DNA from: Raillietiella orientalis
Lineage: Eukaryota
Length of the DNA stretch: 64,000 nt
NCBI GenBank assembly: GCA_036172245.1
Contig: JAYWIR010000024.1
Location: forward strand, 2,852,001 to 2,916,000
Direction: 5' to 3'
In this document: positions 1-12,499 of the stretch, piece after piece
How the letters are laid out: each line of letters begins with the position of its first letter
How positions within the stretch are numbered: position 1 is the first letter of the stretch
Translations under genes and position numbers: made by a program
Notes under the pieces: generated by a model
Told to the model about the DNA's origin: nothing
Databases searched by the model: none
The model's input: only the letters and a program-made list of their open reading frames with translations

Positions 1-699
1 TTCTTTGAAGGGGATGGGGGGCTTCGAAACAAAGAAACCCGCAGCAATCCTCTCCGATCGGAAAATAAAACGAGAGAGGGATGGGAACGTTGCAGCTTCC
101 AGGGATGCCAGATCGAACGAGGGATGACCTCGGAGTCCGACAAGACGGTCGTTCGCGCTCACCTCCAGAGGGCGCGCGATTCATCAAGGCGTCTTCTTCC
201 CGCTAACGAGCCTGCAACGAAAAGTGCACGGGGAAGTGCACACCGGAGATGCACCCCAACTTCCTGTTGACAAAGCGGAATTCAACCCACGAGAATTATC
301 AGATCAAACGAAATTGTGCGGGATGCTGAGGGAGAGCGCGGAACATCGAGCTCGCGGGAGCAAGACGGAAACAACGAAGTGGCGTCTCGTGCACGCAACC
401 AGGCAAATCACTTCTCCCGGAAAGATGTAATCTCGGGGAAAACCGACGCGTTTTCTGTGTAGCTGGAGGAGGAGGATATCCCGGTGCCGTGAGACGGCGC
501 GCGAGGGACCATACGGAAAGCCACGACGAAATAACAGAGTGCAGTCAGAGCGAGTAATTAGTCCCGAGATTAACTCGAGACAAAGGATTTGGACGCCACT
601 TATCTGTCACAAAATTCTCGTTAACGAAGCAGGGCAGACGATCATTAAAAAAAAAAAAAAAAAAAAAAAAAGAGAACATGAAATTTCAGACTGGTGATT

Positions 700-1000
700 G
701 GGAAGAAGACAGTTTGTCTGCTCTCGTATGACTGATGAGTCACCAGCTCCAGAGTTGCAGAATGCAGATTATGGTGTTTGTTGCTAGAGAAAGAGTGTGG
801 TCCTCGTTTCGCGAGGAGGAGGCCTGCAACGCCGCGAAGCGTTTTCTAGAGAAATGGGATCGCGGTCATTCCGGACGTTTGGTCTGGGTAGTCAGATTTC
901 GCGGACCCCGATGATTAGCACCAGGTTATGCCGGGGGCGTTTATTACATGGAGGAATAAAAATATACCTGTGTAAAAATATACCTGCACGCAATGGACCT
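700..1000 (+). mobile_element. Possible R1-like LINE ORF2 C-terminal relic
   Basis: RFLEKWDRGHSGRLVW...QVMPG resembles the WQxxWxxxxxGR...QxLTGHG segment of R1-type ORF2; frameshifted. Confidence 0.3.
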
Positions 1001-1049
1001 TCCGAAGAACGGTTCGCAGACCGGCGACATCCGCTTCGGCAGCGTGGGG

Positions 1050-1760
1050 GAAGGGGAAACAAAAACACACCAAAAAAAGAAACACACGAAAAAGGGGAGG
1101 GGAAATTATACACGGGGAGGGGGGGATCAAAGAAGGGATCACGGTACGCTGCCAGGCGTTCTCCGCGTCCTCCTCAGAATGCTGGCAAGTTCCGTCCGTG
1201 TAGCGCACAGGTGGGGCCATCTAGGGGTGCCCTTCAGGAAGATCCATGCCCAGTGGATGGCATCCCTGCCATTTCGGTCTCTTCTTCTGGCGTTCCAGAC
1301 CGCTGCAATCCCGCGGAGGCAGGAGGAAGAAACTGCGAGGGACGTGGCCGGCTGCAGTGCAGCACCACGCACGAAGAGGCGTTTCAAAATGTCCCTGGGG
1401 CTGCATGCCCCCGGGGTCCCTAGGATTGTCTCGAGGAGATTCCAAAGTGGTCGGAAGGCAGCACAGTCCAACAGCAGGTGCGAGGGGTTTACTTCCTCCC
1501 GCACCTGCTGCACTGAGCATCCACGTGTCCAGTGGCGAAGGCGCTCTTTGCACTGCATTCCCCCATGCACCACCAGCAACATCAACTCCTGCCACTTGCG
1601 GAGGAGGGTGCCAGTTTCCGGCGCGCTGGAGGCCACTTCGCCTCCTCTGGAGGGATGCCGGGCAGCTCTCCCTTGGGGTGGGACACTCGAAATCGCAGAG
1701 CCCGTCACCTCCCGAGTTGTCCACGCCCCCAGAAAGTTTCCTCTTTGCTGCTATGCATCA
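1050..1760 (-). mobile_element. LINE 3' end relic (zf-RVT-like C-terminus and pyrimidine-rich 3' UTR), family A
   Basis: ORF 1139-1708 reads KWQELMLLVVHGGMQCKERL...PSHLLLDCAAFRPLW...IAAVWNARR, the L1/Tx1-type zf-RVT pattern. Homologous to copies at 2560, 10800, 44900 and 49340. Confidence 0.7.
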
Positions 1761-1959
1761 CGTCACTTCCCACTTTGCCGGGATTACGCTGTCCCTTGCG
1801 GCCCTTAGGGAAGGCAGCACTAAGGCAAGGGGAGGGGGGTAGACGAGGCCCATCCCTTCTGGAGCTTAGGATGATGGAAATCCTTTTTTAGGGTTCTTCT
1901 GTTTCTCTGCTTTCCTTTCAGCTTTTTTTTTTTTTTTTTTCGAGGGTTTCTTTGTTTGG

Positions 1960-2560
1960 TTCTGCAAGTGCTGAAGAACTGTTCGCCTAGGAGCTCACAA
2001 AGCTTTAATCACCATCCACGCCGCCCGAGTGTGCATGCAACTCTTCAAGCCAGGAGGTGACCCCGAAGGGACCACCTTATGAATCCAGGAAGACTTCTGA
2101 AAAAAGGAGTCCGTTCCTCTTACGCTTGATAGGGGAACTCCAAAGAGAATCCTCGCAGTGGTTGTCTCCAAAGGGAACCCCAAAGGGAACCTCTTCCTTA
2201 TTCTCTCCAGAGGGACACCTCCGGAGGGGGACGCTTCTTGTTTCTCCTCCGAAGGGGATCCCAAAAAACATCCGCTCCTTGTTTCCTCCTCTGAGAGAAC
2301 CCCGAAGGGAGAAGCACGCTTCTGACACTCTGGAGAGGCAACCCCCTCAGGGGGATATCAACAAGCTCCACGGCACGCAATGGAGGATTCTCCTCTGAGG
2401 TGGAGAACGGCTCCATTTTCACAACCGGAATGCAACCCTGAAGGCGATCAGCTCCTTAATTCCTGGAAGGAACGAGGAAGGTCAACTTGCAGTCCCGGCC
2501 AGTCCTGGCCTCCGGTTTCCAGCTTCACCAGTGCACGCTCCGGGAGATCCTGGAAGATCC
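1960..2560 (-). repeat. LINE post-RT segment, direct-repeat paralog of ~6480-7060
   Basis: Nucleotide-level similarity by eye, e.g. ttctgacactctggagaggc...cggctccattttcacaaccgga.tgcaaccctgaaggcgatcagctcctt. Minus-strand RALVKLETG matches the ALxxExG motif. Confidence 0.75.
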
Positions 2561-3620
2561 CGCGAAGAGTGTGCGGACAAGCAGAACCTCCCTCGCCGCT
2601 GCGCTTCCCGTACTTAGGCAACACATGGGCAGCAACCTCGCGGCAAAATGGGAGAGGTTACTGCGGAAATCTTCGGAAGGAGAAGAGGACTGGACGAGTG
2701 GACGACGGACCAGCTCACCGACGTTGTGACCCCGAGTGCTCGACCTCGTGGATTTTTGCGCTGGGGCGTGCGGCTGGGTATTTCGGAGGAAGACCTCCAA
2801 TGGTCCCCGGTGCTCAAGAACACCCACGCCCTCCCCTTAAAGTGGCAGGAGTCGAAATTGATGCTGCTGGGGTGTACTGTACCCGCCGGCATCTGTGGAC
2901 ACGAGTGTGTGTGAAACGAAACTATGCAAGGTGCGGGAAGCGGGAATCCTTCCCGCACCTCCTAGTGGACCATGGTTGCCCTCCGGCTCCTTTGGGGACG
3001 CTTGGCCATGACCCTTGGAACCCCCGGCGGCAACGCCAGAGATGTTTGAAAGAGCCTCCTCTTGCGCGACGCCCTCACGCTGGCAGGCCGCATCCCTAGA
3101 AGCACTGCGCTCCCTACGCGGGATCGTGGCTGCATGAAAAAGTAACTCCAGAGGAACAAACTGAGATTTTCGGGCTGAAAGAGAGCAATCTTTTTGCCCG
3201 TCGCACGAGGAAGAGGGCCTCTGTGACTGTCGCCCTTGCGGCTGCGCGGGCCTCTTGGCGCGTCTGGAACGCCACACCATCGCCTTCATCGGGAGCTGCT
3301 ACGGCTTCGTCGCAGTCGCTCGCTCGTTGGCACGACCGCGCATGGGACCTGCATGCCCCCTGCTACCTCCCCCGCGGCGTAGTCGCGGGCCGGCGAAGTG
3401 CTTCTACACGACGACCTCCCTCTTGAGTAGAACAAAAGATGGCCCCACCTGCTGGACTTGAGGATAGGACTTGCCTTAGCATCCCGGGCAGTATGCCCGC
3501 AAGCCTCGTGCTCGTTATTGCCTTCATTCCTTGCTCTTCCTCCACATGAAACGCCATCCATCTTTCTTTTTTCTTTTCACTTCTCTTGTCAACGCCCATC
3601 CTTTTATCTCAGTTTGTTCC
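2560..3620 (+). mobile_element. LINE 3' end relic (zf-RVT-like), family A
   Basis: WTTDQLTDVVTPSARPRGFLRWG...LPLKWQESKLMLL...CGKRESFPHLLVD across frameshifts, followed by a pyrimidine-rich tail. Confidence 0.65.
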
Positions 3621-3699
3621 TTGCGTGCTTCTCGTCAAGAGCAACCGGGTGTTGCACGACCTATGAAATCAGGGAAGGGAATCCATGAGCTGGAATGGT

Positions 3700-4470
3700 T
3701 CGCGCCCAGCAGCCTCTTTTGTTGTACAGAGTTTGTTGCACCGATGAATTTCAAACAGCCGGTGGTGAAGAGCGGCGGGCGTGCCGAGGACGCGCCAACG
3801 TTCGAATGGCGTTCCCACCGTTTTCCAGATCTTCCTCCAAGAAAGCAGTTCGGTTCACCGTCCAGAGTCCGGGGCTTGGTAAGCGTGGAGGTCGTCGGGG
3901 TCACTTCCTCCCTCCCCGACTTCCGTCTTCAGTTTCGTTCCAGCAACGGAGTTTTCCAGGACGTCTTCACTCGATTTTTCAGGACAGCTCTTCGTCCGCG
4001 GAAGCGACGGGGGAGCAGGAAAGCCGGCGACGAAGCGATCGTTCACGGAACAGTCAACACGACCTCCGCACCCCAAGTGTTGAGCAGCCCAAGGAGGAAT
4101 CGGAGAAACCAGCTCCGCGACCCGGAGAGAGGTCCTGATTGACAGCTTTCGGGCGAGATGGAGTCTAATGTGATGCCCCGAAGATTCTGCACCGGAGATC
4201 ACTCGAACTTTGAAAGTTGCAGGTTCCGACGGGAGGCAGGCGAGGGGGCAGAGCGCCAGCGGGCTAACGGGACGCGCGGAGAAATCCCGTTCCCGCGGAA
4301 CCGCACGAAGCTGGGAAACCGGGAAGCGTGGAGCGAGAGCGGGCTCGAACGAGCCTTTGCTCCGGACGGAGAGCAGGGGAAAAGATCCCAGAGCGCGGAG
4401 GAGGGAAAGCTGGTCGCCTGGGAAACGAACCCGAGACGTAGAGATCGAAAGTGTTTCCTTTGCATCCCAC
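3700..4470 (-). mobile_element. Degenerate RT relic (domains 4-7 and thumb)
   Basis: LGFVSQATSFPSSALWDLF (~GVxQGxxLSxxL), VRFRGNG (~xxFADD), LSIRTSLRVAELVSP (thumb). Very decayed. Confidence 0.4.
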
Positions 4471-4759
4471 GTATTAAGCAAATGAGGCTGCTCGTTTTTC
4501 GGAAGGAAAAGTTTGAAGCGCTCTTGAAACGAGCACGTCGAGAAAGCGGGAACGAGTCTGTAAATAAACTTGGAAAGAAAAAAAAAAAAAAAAGGCGCTG
4601 GAATTTTTTTTTTTTCGTCCCTCTCTCTCTCTCTCTTTCTAAGCTCTTGTAATCAGAAACACATTAGGTGGAAACTGCGCGCCATTCTCAAGGCCAGAAA
4701 TAGAACTCTACTTGATGGGAAAACCTCGCAGTAATCGCAAGTTAACGAAGAGCTCGGCG

Positions 4760-5230
4760 CAAAATCCTCGTGGCGTGGACGAGCGCTTTCCTTGGGGTGT
4801 TTGTTCAACGGGCAGAGTGGACCTCGTCGGACGACGTGAGCTGGGCAAAGCCGCCTGCCTGTGTACTTACCAAGACTAATTCGAAAATAATGGAAATGAA
4901 AGGGAACGCTTCGGAGGGTCAGCGAATTAACGACCGATTTTTATTAAAGAGCTGCTTCGAATGTTGACGAAAGATTAGAGCACCTCGGAAATAAATCTGC
5001 AGCCTCCTTTGGGACACTTTTAAAGAGCACACCCTCTGGTCGTAAGCACTCCTTTCATTTTCGTTTTTATTGGGGCTCGCATAGAAAACAGAAGAAGAAG
5101 GGGGAAAAAAAATAATGGGTCGGTCAGACTTCCCAGACGGGCCTGCTTCGGCTGTTAGAAGGGAGCCTCAAGGACCTGGCGTACCGGACAGACCTCTTTG
5201 AGGAACCGCTTCGCGCGCTGCTACACTTAG
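4760..5230 (+). mobile_element. Degenerate RT relic (domains 0-3), plus strand
   Basis: NPRGVDE (~APGxDG), AN*RPIFIKELLRMLTK..IRAPR (~YRPIxxxxxxxRxxxKIxxxR), then GVP after a D..AFD-like stretch. Confidence 0.4.
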
Positions 5231-5499
5231 CCCTGCGGAACACGAAAACAGGATTTGTTTTTTCCCAGAGCTACGGCGCTGTGGTCCTCTTTCCGCTCGA
5301 CTGCCATCTTGAACCCGTTTCTTCCGCCATTCAGTTCTGAAACCTGTTTGCGCCGTTGCTCTTTCACGAATTCCACGGGATATTGTGGCTCGTTGGGAAG
5401 GAGAGGGAGGGGGGGGGGAGGACCTTGGATTCCAAGAACGGCCGCGATGCCCTGCGGGAATTCCAAGGGCGACGCGAACCAGATCACACTTTGCTTGGT

Positions 5500-6400
5500 G
5501 AACGGAGAGATTACGTGGAGTGAAAGGAGCAGCAGTTCTTTTCGATCTTCACCACCTTCACGTCCTGCCTACCTTCTTGTTCTGGGGTCATGGCAGCATT
5601 CCCCCCCAAAACCCTCAGTCCACATCCGCATCGGTCGGGACCACTTCCTCTTGGGCGTCGATGTTCCGGGAGTGTCCTTCATCGCGAAGAAGCCAAGCAG
5701 ATCGTCGCGGCCATATCGGACGCTGGAGAGGTCACGAGGCGCATCGCTTTGTCGAACTGCAGTCTCGGGATCTCCAGTTCTCGCATCCCGTCTTCGTCTT
5801 GAGGATCCCAGGACCCAGAGATCCAACCATCGGGTCTCGGACGATTTACCCGAGCATCTACGGTCGACAGGGAGGCGGCGAGGTCTCTACGTTTCTTTCT
5901 TGAGCACTTTTGAACGCGGTTCTTCACCCCTTGCTCAGTGTCAGATCCGGAGGGATGCGGCAGTTCATACTTCCGGGATGAGCTCCCATCTGGGAACCGT
6001 TGCCCATCTCCCCTCACCTTCCCAGGTTGAAGATGCGTCCAGCGTCCGATGCGGTGGAGGGGCGTCTGCTGGAAACATCGGCTACAGCTCCCTCCGAACC
6101 ACCGAGAGCAGACCTGCCTGGCCGAATCGCCAGAAGGACATCATCGACCCTGAGATGTATGCAGTGTAGGTCGGTGCTCCAGCAAGCAGATTCGGCTGAA
6201 CAGTGCAACCCTCCCCCTGTCCCCCCGGTGCTGACCGAAAGGCTGATGGGTGCTCGACTGCCTCGTATCCCTCCGGCAATATCCATCTCCCCACTCTTGA
6301 ACAGGGAACACCTATGCTCTTGAACTGTCTTAGAGGGAACGGGTGCTCGAGAAGGGAGGAGTCGCACCCCCTGCTCTTGAACACCCTCGGCGATCGGGTG
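5500..6400 (-). mobile_element. RT relic (domains 4-6 and downstream)
   Basis: VSTGG.QGEGCTVQPNLL (GVRQGCxLSPxL), HLRVDDVLL (YADD), SDAGRIFNLGR (GLxxNxxK). Confidence 0.55.
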
Positions 6401-6479
6401 TTCACTAGATGACGAAGCTGGAGGGGGGGGGGGTCGAGGAAACGGCGGTGGCTGAGAAAAAAAAGGCTCTTCGGCTGCA

Positions 6480-8600
6480 GTTGCCTTGGCTCGCCAAGTG
6501 CTGAAGAACCGTTCGGCTCCTTAGGGGGAGAAAGGGGCGGAGGGGAAGGTCACGAAGCTCTTGAACACCGTTTACTCCACTCCAGGGTGCTCTCCAAGTT
6601 ATAGGAGGTACCACGGGCGGGGACCACCCTATATGAATCCAGGAAGGACTCCGGATGAAGGAGTCTGTTCCTCTTACGCTTGATTGGGAAACTCCAAAGG
6701 GAACCTCTTCCTCATTCTCTTCATGAAGACCCCCCGGAGGAGGACACTCTCGTTTCTTCTCCGAGAGGAGCCCCGAAAAGGATCCGCTCCTTTCTTCCTC
6801 CTCTGAGGAGAATCCCGAAGGGAGAAGCGCGCTTCTGACACTCTGGAGAGGCGACCCCCTGAGGGGGTGTCAACGAGCTCTATGGCATGCAATGGAGGGT
6901 CCTCCTCTGAGGTGGAGGACGGCTCCATTTTCACAACCGGAGTGCAACCCTGAAGGCGATCAGCTCCTTGATTCCTGGAAGGGCACGGAGGGTCCACGTC
7001 CAATTCCGGCCAGTCAGCAGTCAGCTGGGGGCATCCGCTTTCCTGATTCCACCAGCGCCCACCCGAATAGACAAGCCGGCTTCACCTTACGAGGGAGCCC
7101 CGTTCTTGGCGTCTATCCTCCACGTGGGGATTCGAACCGGCAATGCTTGGTGCCACTCGCGTAGACCGCAGCCGCGTGGCCCCCAACGCGTGAAATTTCG
7201 AGTGCTGCCCGTGACTTCTCCCCATCGGACCTTTGCTAGAAACATCGCATAAGAAAGATCCACTGCTGAGATCCACCGTCTTCTCCGTTGCAGCGGAGAA
7301 CCGAAGCCTCTCCAAAACATCTTCGCCGTTTGATTTATCTCCGTCTCTCCTATCACCTCGTTCCTCCCCCCCTCGCCACTTTAACTCAGCATTCACTCGA
7401 GGGAGAAGAAGCTGCAGGACGCTGCATTTGCATACGAGAGAATGAGTTCACGTTAGCCAATAGGCAGGAGCCCCTCCGCGTCTTTCATCTCGGCAAGCCC
7501 CACGTGATCTCCCACATTCCAGAGGGAAGCATCGTCCGTGGGTTCGCGCCCGCCCTCGTCGAAGGGGGAAGCTCCAGAGCAACAAAGGCTTATATCATGG
7601 GGGGATCAAAACATGGCGATGAAAACACGCGCAGCGGAAGACACGGGGAACGGAGCAGGTGCCCCGTTCTGCCCTTTCTCTTAGTCTGGCGTCGCCGGAA
7701 ACGTTCTTCGCTCCAGCGCCGCAGCGGAGATCGCCGGCCGCTCCTGCGAAGGGCCAGCGATCTTCCCGACGAATCGGAACCTGGCAAGAGCGGTGCAAAC
7801 CAGAAAAATGGCTTTCCCGGACTCGCACGAAAGCATTTGCGAATATTCGACCCCTGCTTCAGGGAGGAGAGCCATGGCTTGGTGCGAGCCCAGAGGACGT
7901 CACGTATTCCTGGAGATTTTTTCTCCTTTGTTTTCACTTCGAAAGCGACCAAAGGATGACAGCATATCCCACCCCATCCCCCTTTCGCCCTCCTTTAGCA
8001 AGAAATGCTCTTGTCCTTTTGGCAGCACAAGGGAAAAAAAACTTGTCATTACGAGGCGATGAGGAAACCCTCTCAGGCACAGGTTGTCTCTGGAGCAACC
8101 TCTCTGCAGGCGAGGTAGAAGAGAAGAGAACCTCCTCCGAAGATGGGCACGGTGCTTTCGTCTGTTGCGAGAGTTCTGCACGGCCAAAGGCCAGAGAGGA
8201 ATTCCTCGGGGCGGATGGCAGGCAGGCGCTCTCTCGGAAAGAAAATCCATTTGCTCGCCTCCGCTGATCCGAGTGTTTGCACAAGTGTCCTCCATCATTC
8301 TGGTCTGGTGCCATCCGGAGGCTTGCTCGAGTGTTCGCGGTGGTTCCTATTATTCGTCGGTGGTGCATCGAAGCGGTCCGGGCGGTCGTCAATCTTCCAG
8401 CTTGACGAAAAGTCGTGGTTCCTTTGAGCTCCATTCATTAATAAACATCTTGGCCGGGAAAGATACTGCAGGGACCAACCTCAATAGCGAGTCCGCTCGA
8501 TCTTTTGCACCGATTATGGGACTCCCTGAGAATTCACTCTGTCATCCTAAGGTTGACTTCCTCACTTTCAGATTGGGACAATTAATATCAGAGCCATGAC
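6480..8600 (-). mobile_element. Compacted LINE ORF2 relic: EN C-half, RT, thumb, C-terminus
   Basis: Colinear motifs on the minus strand: TASMHHRRII (SDH), KTKEKKSPGIRD (domain 0), SSPCFD (KAFD), ITWGLPR (GxPQG), LSYANAA (YADD), GETEINQTAK, VYAS..RFESP.W, ALVESG, RTVLQHL. Confidence 0.6.
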
Positions 8601-8799
8601 GTGTCTATTCAAGGTCTGGGGTAAGGCTGCTACCTTTTCCTCCCTTCCCGTACAGAACTGTAACAGAAGAAACCTCCCCTTTCCGTTTGGCCATTCCGTT
8701 TGTGTGGCAACAGGCGCTGTCTTCTTCCCCTTGCTCTTCTATGGTAAACCCATCTGAGATGCCATCAAAACTCCCAGGATTTCATTCATCATTCCTCTT

Positions 8800-10750
8800 T
8801 TTTTTTTTTAATGTCGGCTGCGCATTCCACGGACAAGATGCTGGGACTCTCTGTGTGGCCGCACCATCTGCCTTCGGAGAGCCTTCTTTCAACGGATGGC
8901 ACAGTTTCGGGAGAGTTTCATTACTTAGGCATGCAAACCAAGAAGCGTGTGGTTCTTGTGCGTACCCACCGAATGCGAGGAAGCACGATTTTTGCCCCAT
9001 CAAGCATCTTTATCCCTCAAGTACGGAAATCTCTCCTATTTGAGTCTGTCCCCTGGAGAATAGAGAGCTCCAAAACATCCACTTTTCCTTATCCATTCCG
9101 AACAGCTTTTGTTGAAACACTGTCTTGATAGCCTCCCTCATCCACTCCCCAGAACTGATGGGGAAGCTCGACTCATGCTACGGACGAGAACTGGGACGCC
9201 CCGTGTCTGGAGATGTGTCCTGCAGGTTTTTCCAGCCAGGCTGCTGGTAACCTTAAAATCCTGCAGAGCAGGGAGAACCTCGGCCCTTCTCAGCATGCAG
9301 AGGGTCGCTCGTTTAGGCACTGTCTATTATGGAACGTGGCTGACCACTACAGCCGGAGTGCTCGTCTATATGCCAAGAGGCATGGTGCCTTGATCGAGTG
9401 CAGTGGCAAGATGCAATTCCTTCACTTCAATTCCGAGGGGGGAGGGGGGACTGCAATCATATATCGAGGGGGGCTCTACACCATCTAGACGGTCTTCTTC
9501 TCCGTTCCTTCATCTGATTGAGGCTGCAGTTCACGAGCGATTCGAGAGTCAGGATGTCAGACAACCGATGGAGCCAGTAGATGTGACGGCAGAGCTGGAA
9601 GTCGATCACCACCACATCCTTCCTCACCTGTTGCACGTGAGGTCTCATGATCCTCGGTTCTTGCGGTGCCGCGTTGCTACTTGCATCCCGTATTTCCAAG
9701 GGTGGACACCCGTGTCGATGAGGTGATAAGCGGAGAGCAAATTCTTGACCTTGTTGCTCTCCTTCCTGCAGAGCCGTCGAGGAGCTTTGGAAAATGCAGG
9801 CGGCATCGAAGACGAAGGCTCGTCCTTCACCCTTGCAGCATCAAGCCCAGTAGAACCAGAGGGTCGGCCCCTGCTTGCAGAGCACAAACTTCCGTCGCTT
9901 GTGAGCAGCCTTCTTGGTCTGTGCTGCGGTCTCTTCAGGACCGAAAACAGGACCACTCCATCCTTTTGGCATGCTCCGCCCAACCTCGTAGTCCATCAAG
10001 TTTTCCTGAACCCGTCTGATGATGTGGGAGCTCCATGCCAGTCGAAGTGACCGTCTTCCTCCTTTTGGAAATCTAGCCAGTTTCCACTCGTGCTTCTCGC
10101 GCCACCCGTTGGTAAGTGAGGTGGAACCCCCGGGTAAATCCCCGGGTCTTAGGGATAATCAAAGTGTTAACACTTCCTCAGTATCCCTAGCCACCCCAGA
10201 GTCTTGCCACCTACCTTCTTCCTGTCAAGTCTCCCGCTCTTGAGGAAGGAGGCCTGCTTGAGCCACCTTCTTTCTCCAGTCATCCCAAACCTATGGATTC
10301 CAATGGGAAAAATAGGAGAAAGAGGATTCCAAATATGTGAGGCAGGTTTCTGGAACCACAAAGGATTTTCTGATCATGGAACCGAACTCCTCTGTCACGA
10401 TCTTTCCCTGCAAGGGATCCGAGGCCAAAGAGAGGGTCACCCTGCCTCGGCCGAAGAAGCAGCATCCCGGAACCCTTTGCTTCTGACTCACCCATCCCGT
10501 GATCCACGCACCCAGAGAGAAGAACTGTCTGTCTCGAGTTCGGACCGCTGCTTCCGCGGTGAGGGCCGCAACGGAATGTCTTCGAAAACGGAGTTGCTAA
10601 GACGCTCGCGGTCCAAAAACAAATCGCAAGGACCTGCGATCCATTTTCTCCCGTTTGGCGCCCAACATGAAAAAAACATGAGGAGCAGGGAGGCGCGCAA
10701 TTTGCGCTGCGCATGCCTTCAGAAGGAAGGCGAAAGCTCTGGCGAAGAAA
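8800..10750 (-). mobile_element. LINE ORF2 relic(s): RT core to CCHC
   Basis: APNGRKWIAG, GPHRGSSGP (domain 4), GCVDH (YxDD), VVPETCLTYLE (KYLG), VIDFQLCRHIYWLHRL, and ETVPSVERRL..RWCGHTESPSILSVEC (CCHC). May be a mosaic of two elements. Confidence 0.55.
9844..9995 (+). repeat. ~150-bp direct repeat, copy 1 (copy 2 at 13042-13185)
   Basis: agcccagtagaaccagagggtcggcccctg...caacctcgtagtcca. About 5 substitutions and one 8-bp indel between copies. Confidence 0.93.
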
Positions 10751-10799
10751 CCGTCCAATTATCGGCGAGTGATCGACTGCCGCCCGCCCGCGCCAAGCC

Positions 10800-11500
10800 A
10801 GAATGAACCTCCTATAATTGTGACGGGGATCGAGCCGTGGTTCCTGCTGCTTGTTGCCTGGTCCGAAGGACGAAGGAAAGGGAGACGAGATATATCAGCA
10901 GGCAGGCAAGGGACCTGCAGCAGATACCCTCGTGGAAAACTTCCGCTGAGGGATTTTCTTGAGGACCTGAGAATGCAGGGCAACACTGGAGCGGAGGGCT
11001 GGAAGCTGCTTTCATTTGCAGAGGTCATTTTCTTCTTCCGGGAGTTGCCTCCCCGAACTATTCCAGGTGCGGGGCGACGGGATCGTTCCCTCACCTTTTG
11101 TTGGACTGCAGTGCCCTGGAGGACACGTGGCGGAGCGCTCCGTCGACCGCACGACTCTCCCTCCCCCTTCCGCTTCGAAATTGCTGAGGCTCTTCTTCAC
11201 TCAAGGCGGACTGAAGACGGGCCTGTGACCATGACCATCTGTTGCATCTGCAGCTATGGTGACAGCCTGCCATGTGTTGGAGTTACGTTTGCAGCTAAGG
11301 GAGGCCAGCAGCATGGCAGCCATTTTCATGAGGACTGCTGCAAGGTGGCCTCACATGCCAGAAGAAGCTGCCAAGGAGACCACCTCTATACTTAGTGCTT
11401 TTATGAAGAAAGGAACGAATAAAACCAAAAACCCCTGTCCCCATCCTCCCGTCTTTTTTTAATTTATTTATTGTCCCCTCCCTCGGTTTCCTAAATTTTT
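10800..11500 (+). mobile_element. LINE 3' end relic (zf-RVT-like) and 3' UTR, family A
   Basis: RCGATGSFPHLLLDCSALEDTW at ~11065-11130. Nucleotide similarity to 49750-50200, including the T-rich 3' UTR. Confidence 0.65.
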
Positions 11501-11599
11501 AGAAGACGGCCTGCGTGCGCGTGGTCATCACCAATGCCCCAGCGTGGACCGGGTCAAGATCTTCGCACCTCTCTCTTCTCGGGGAGTCTGCCTTCAGGC

Positions 11600-12060
11600 A
11601 AAGGACCCAGACCTCCGGTGCTGGAACCGCCGACGAATCTCTTCGCGAAGATCCGATCGGAGGAACAGCGGGAGGCAGAGTCCTTAACTAAGGTGCCCAT
11701 CTGAAACGCAAGACACCCTCAGGAGATGGTCTCGTTTGTAGGAAGGAGGTTTGTCCGTGTTGGCCTCCAGAAGCGGCGGTGACATCACGCGAGTATGGAC
11801 GCGTTCCGCATTCTGCCAAGCCCTCCTGAGGAGTCTGCTGTTCCTGTTGCTAGGCTGCATGCCATCTTCCCGGCGACTGCCTCTTCCTCTTCACCCTCAT
11901 GTCCATCCACACCATCCTCACCGTCGTAATCATCCTATTGCGATCCCGGTCTCCTCTCTCTATCCGCTGCGGAAAGAGGAAGTGGCAAAGAAAGGCAGGG
12001 ATGCGCTCTCCTTTGGGACGTCAGAGAGAGACTTTTCCTCTCTTGGCAACCGCCTGATAG
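11600..12060 (+). mobile_element. LINE C-terminal CCHC relic, inverted paralog of ~17780-18085
   Basis: Shared translations SRSGGDITRVWT / ARSGSDFTRLWT and LRSLLFLLLGCM / LRSLLILLLGCM. EES..LLLGC is the CCHC remnant. Confidence 0.55.
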
Positions 12061-12499
12061 CCGAAAGCTAAGATTGGAGGTGGAAAAGGAGATTCGGCCG
12101 AATGGAGGCATCCCAATCCAGACATCCGCGTTCCGCCCCTTGTTCTCCCTTACCCCCTCTCTCTCTCCGAGGCGGATAAAAGTGAGCCAAGGACCCACTA
12201 CGCATCCGTCAGCCCGCTACCGCGATTACTCGAACTGAGACGAAGGTTCCTATGGCAGCGTGCAAGGAACGCAAAGGTGACGTCGCAAGACCCTTTTCCC
12301 CTGTCCACCAACCCTTTTTTTTTTTCCTCCTTGCTGCTTCCGTTCCACTATTTGGCCAGCGCTGCGGGAAGCTCCCGTTCCACGAAGACCAGGGAGGTTC
12401 TCCTCGTGCTTAAGAGAGAAAGTCTACAAGCAGAGAGAGAGGGTGGGGTTGGGAGTGGAGTGGATGGGAGATCCTGCGCCGGAAAACGCTGGACTTTCA

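Noticed and set aside
224..430. C2H2 zinc-finger linker-like VHTGDAP
   Set aside because: No Cys pairs and no repeat units; too weak to call.
7115..7200. tRNA/SINE B-box GGTTCGAATCCC on the minus strand (also ~20590 and plus-strand ~39068)
   Set aside because: No cloverleaf or properly spaced A-box. The first two lie in the RT-thumb coding homology (VYAS..RFESP.W).
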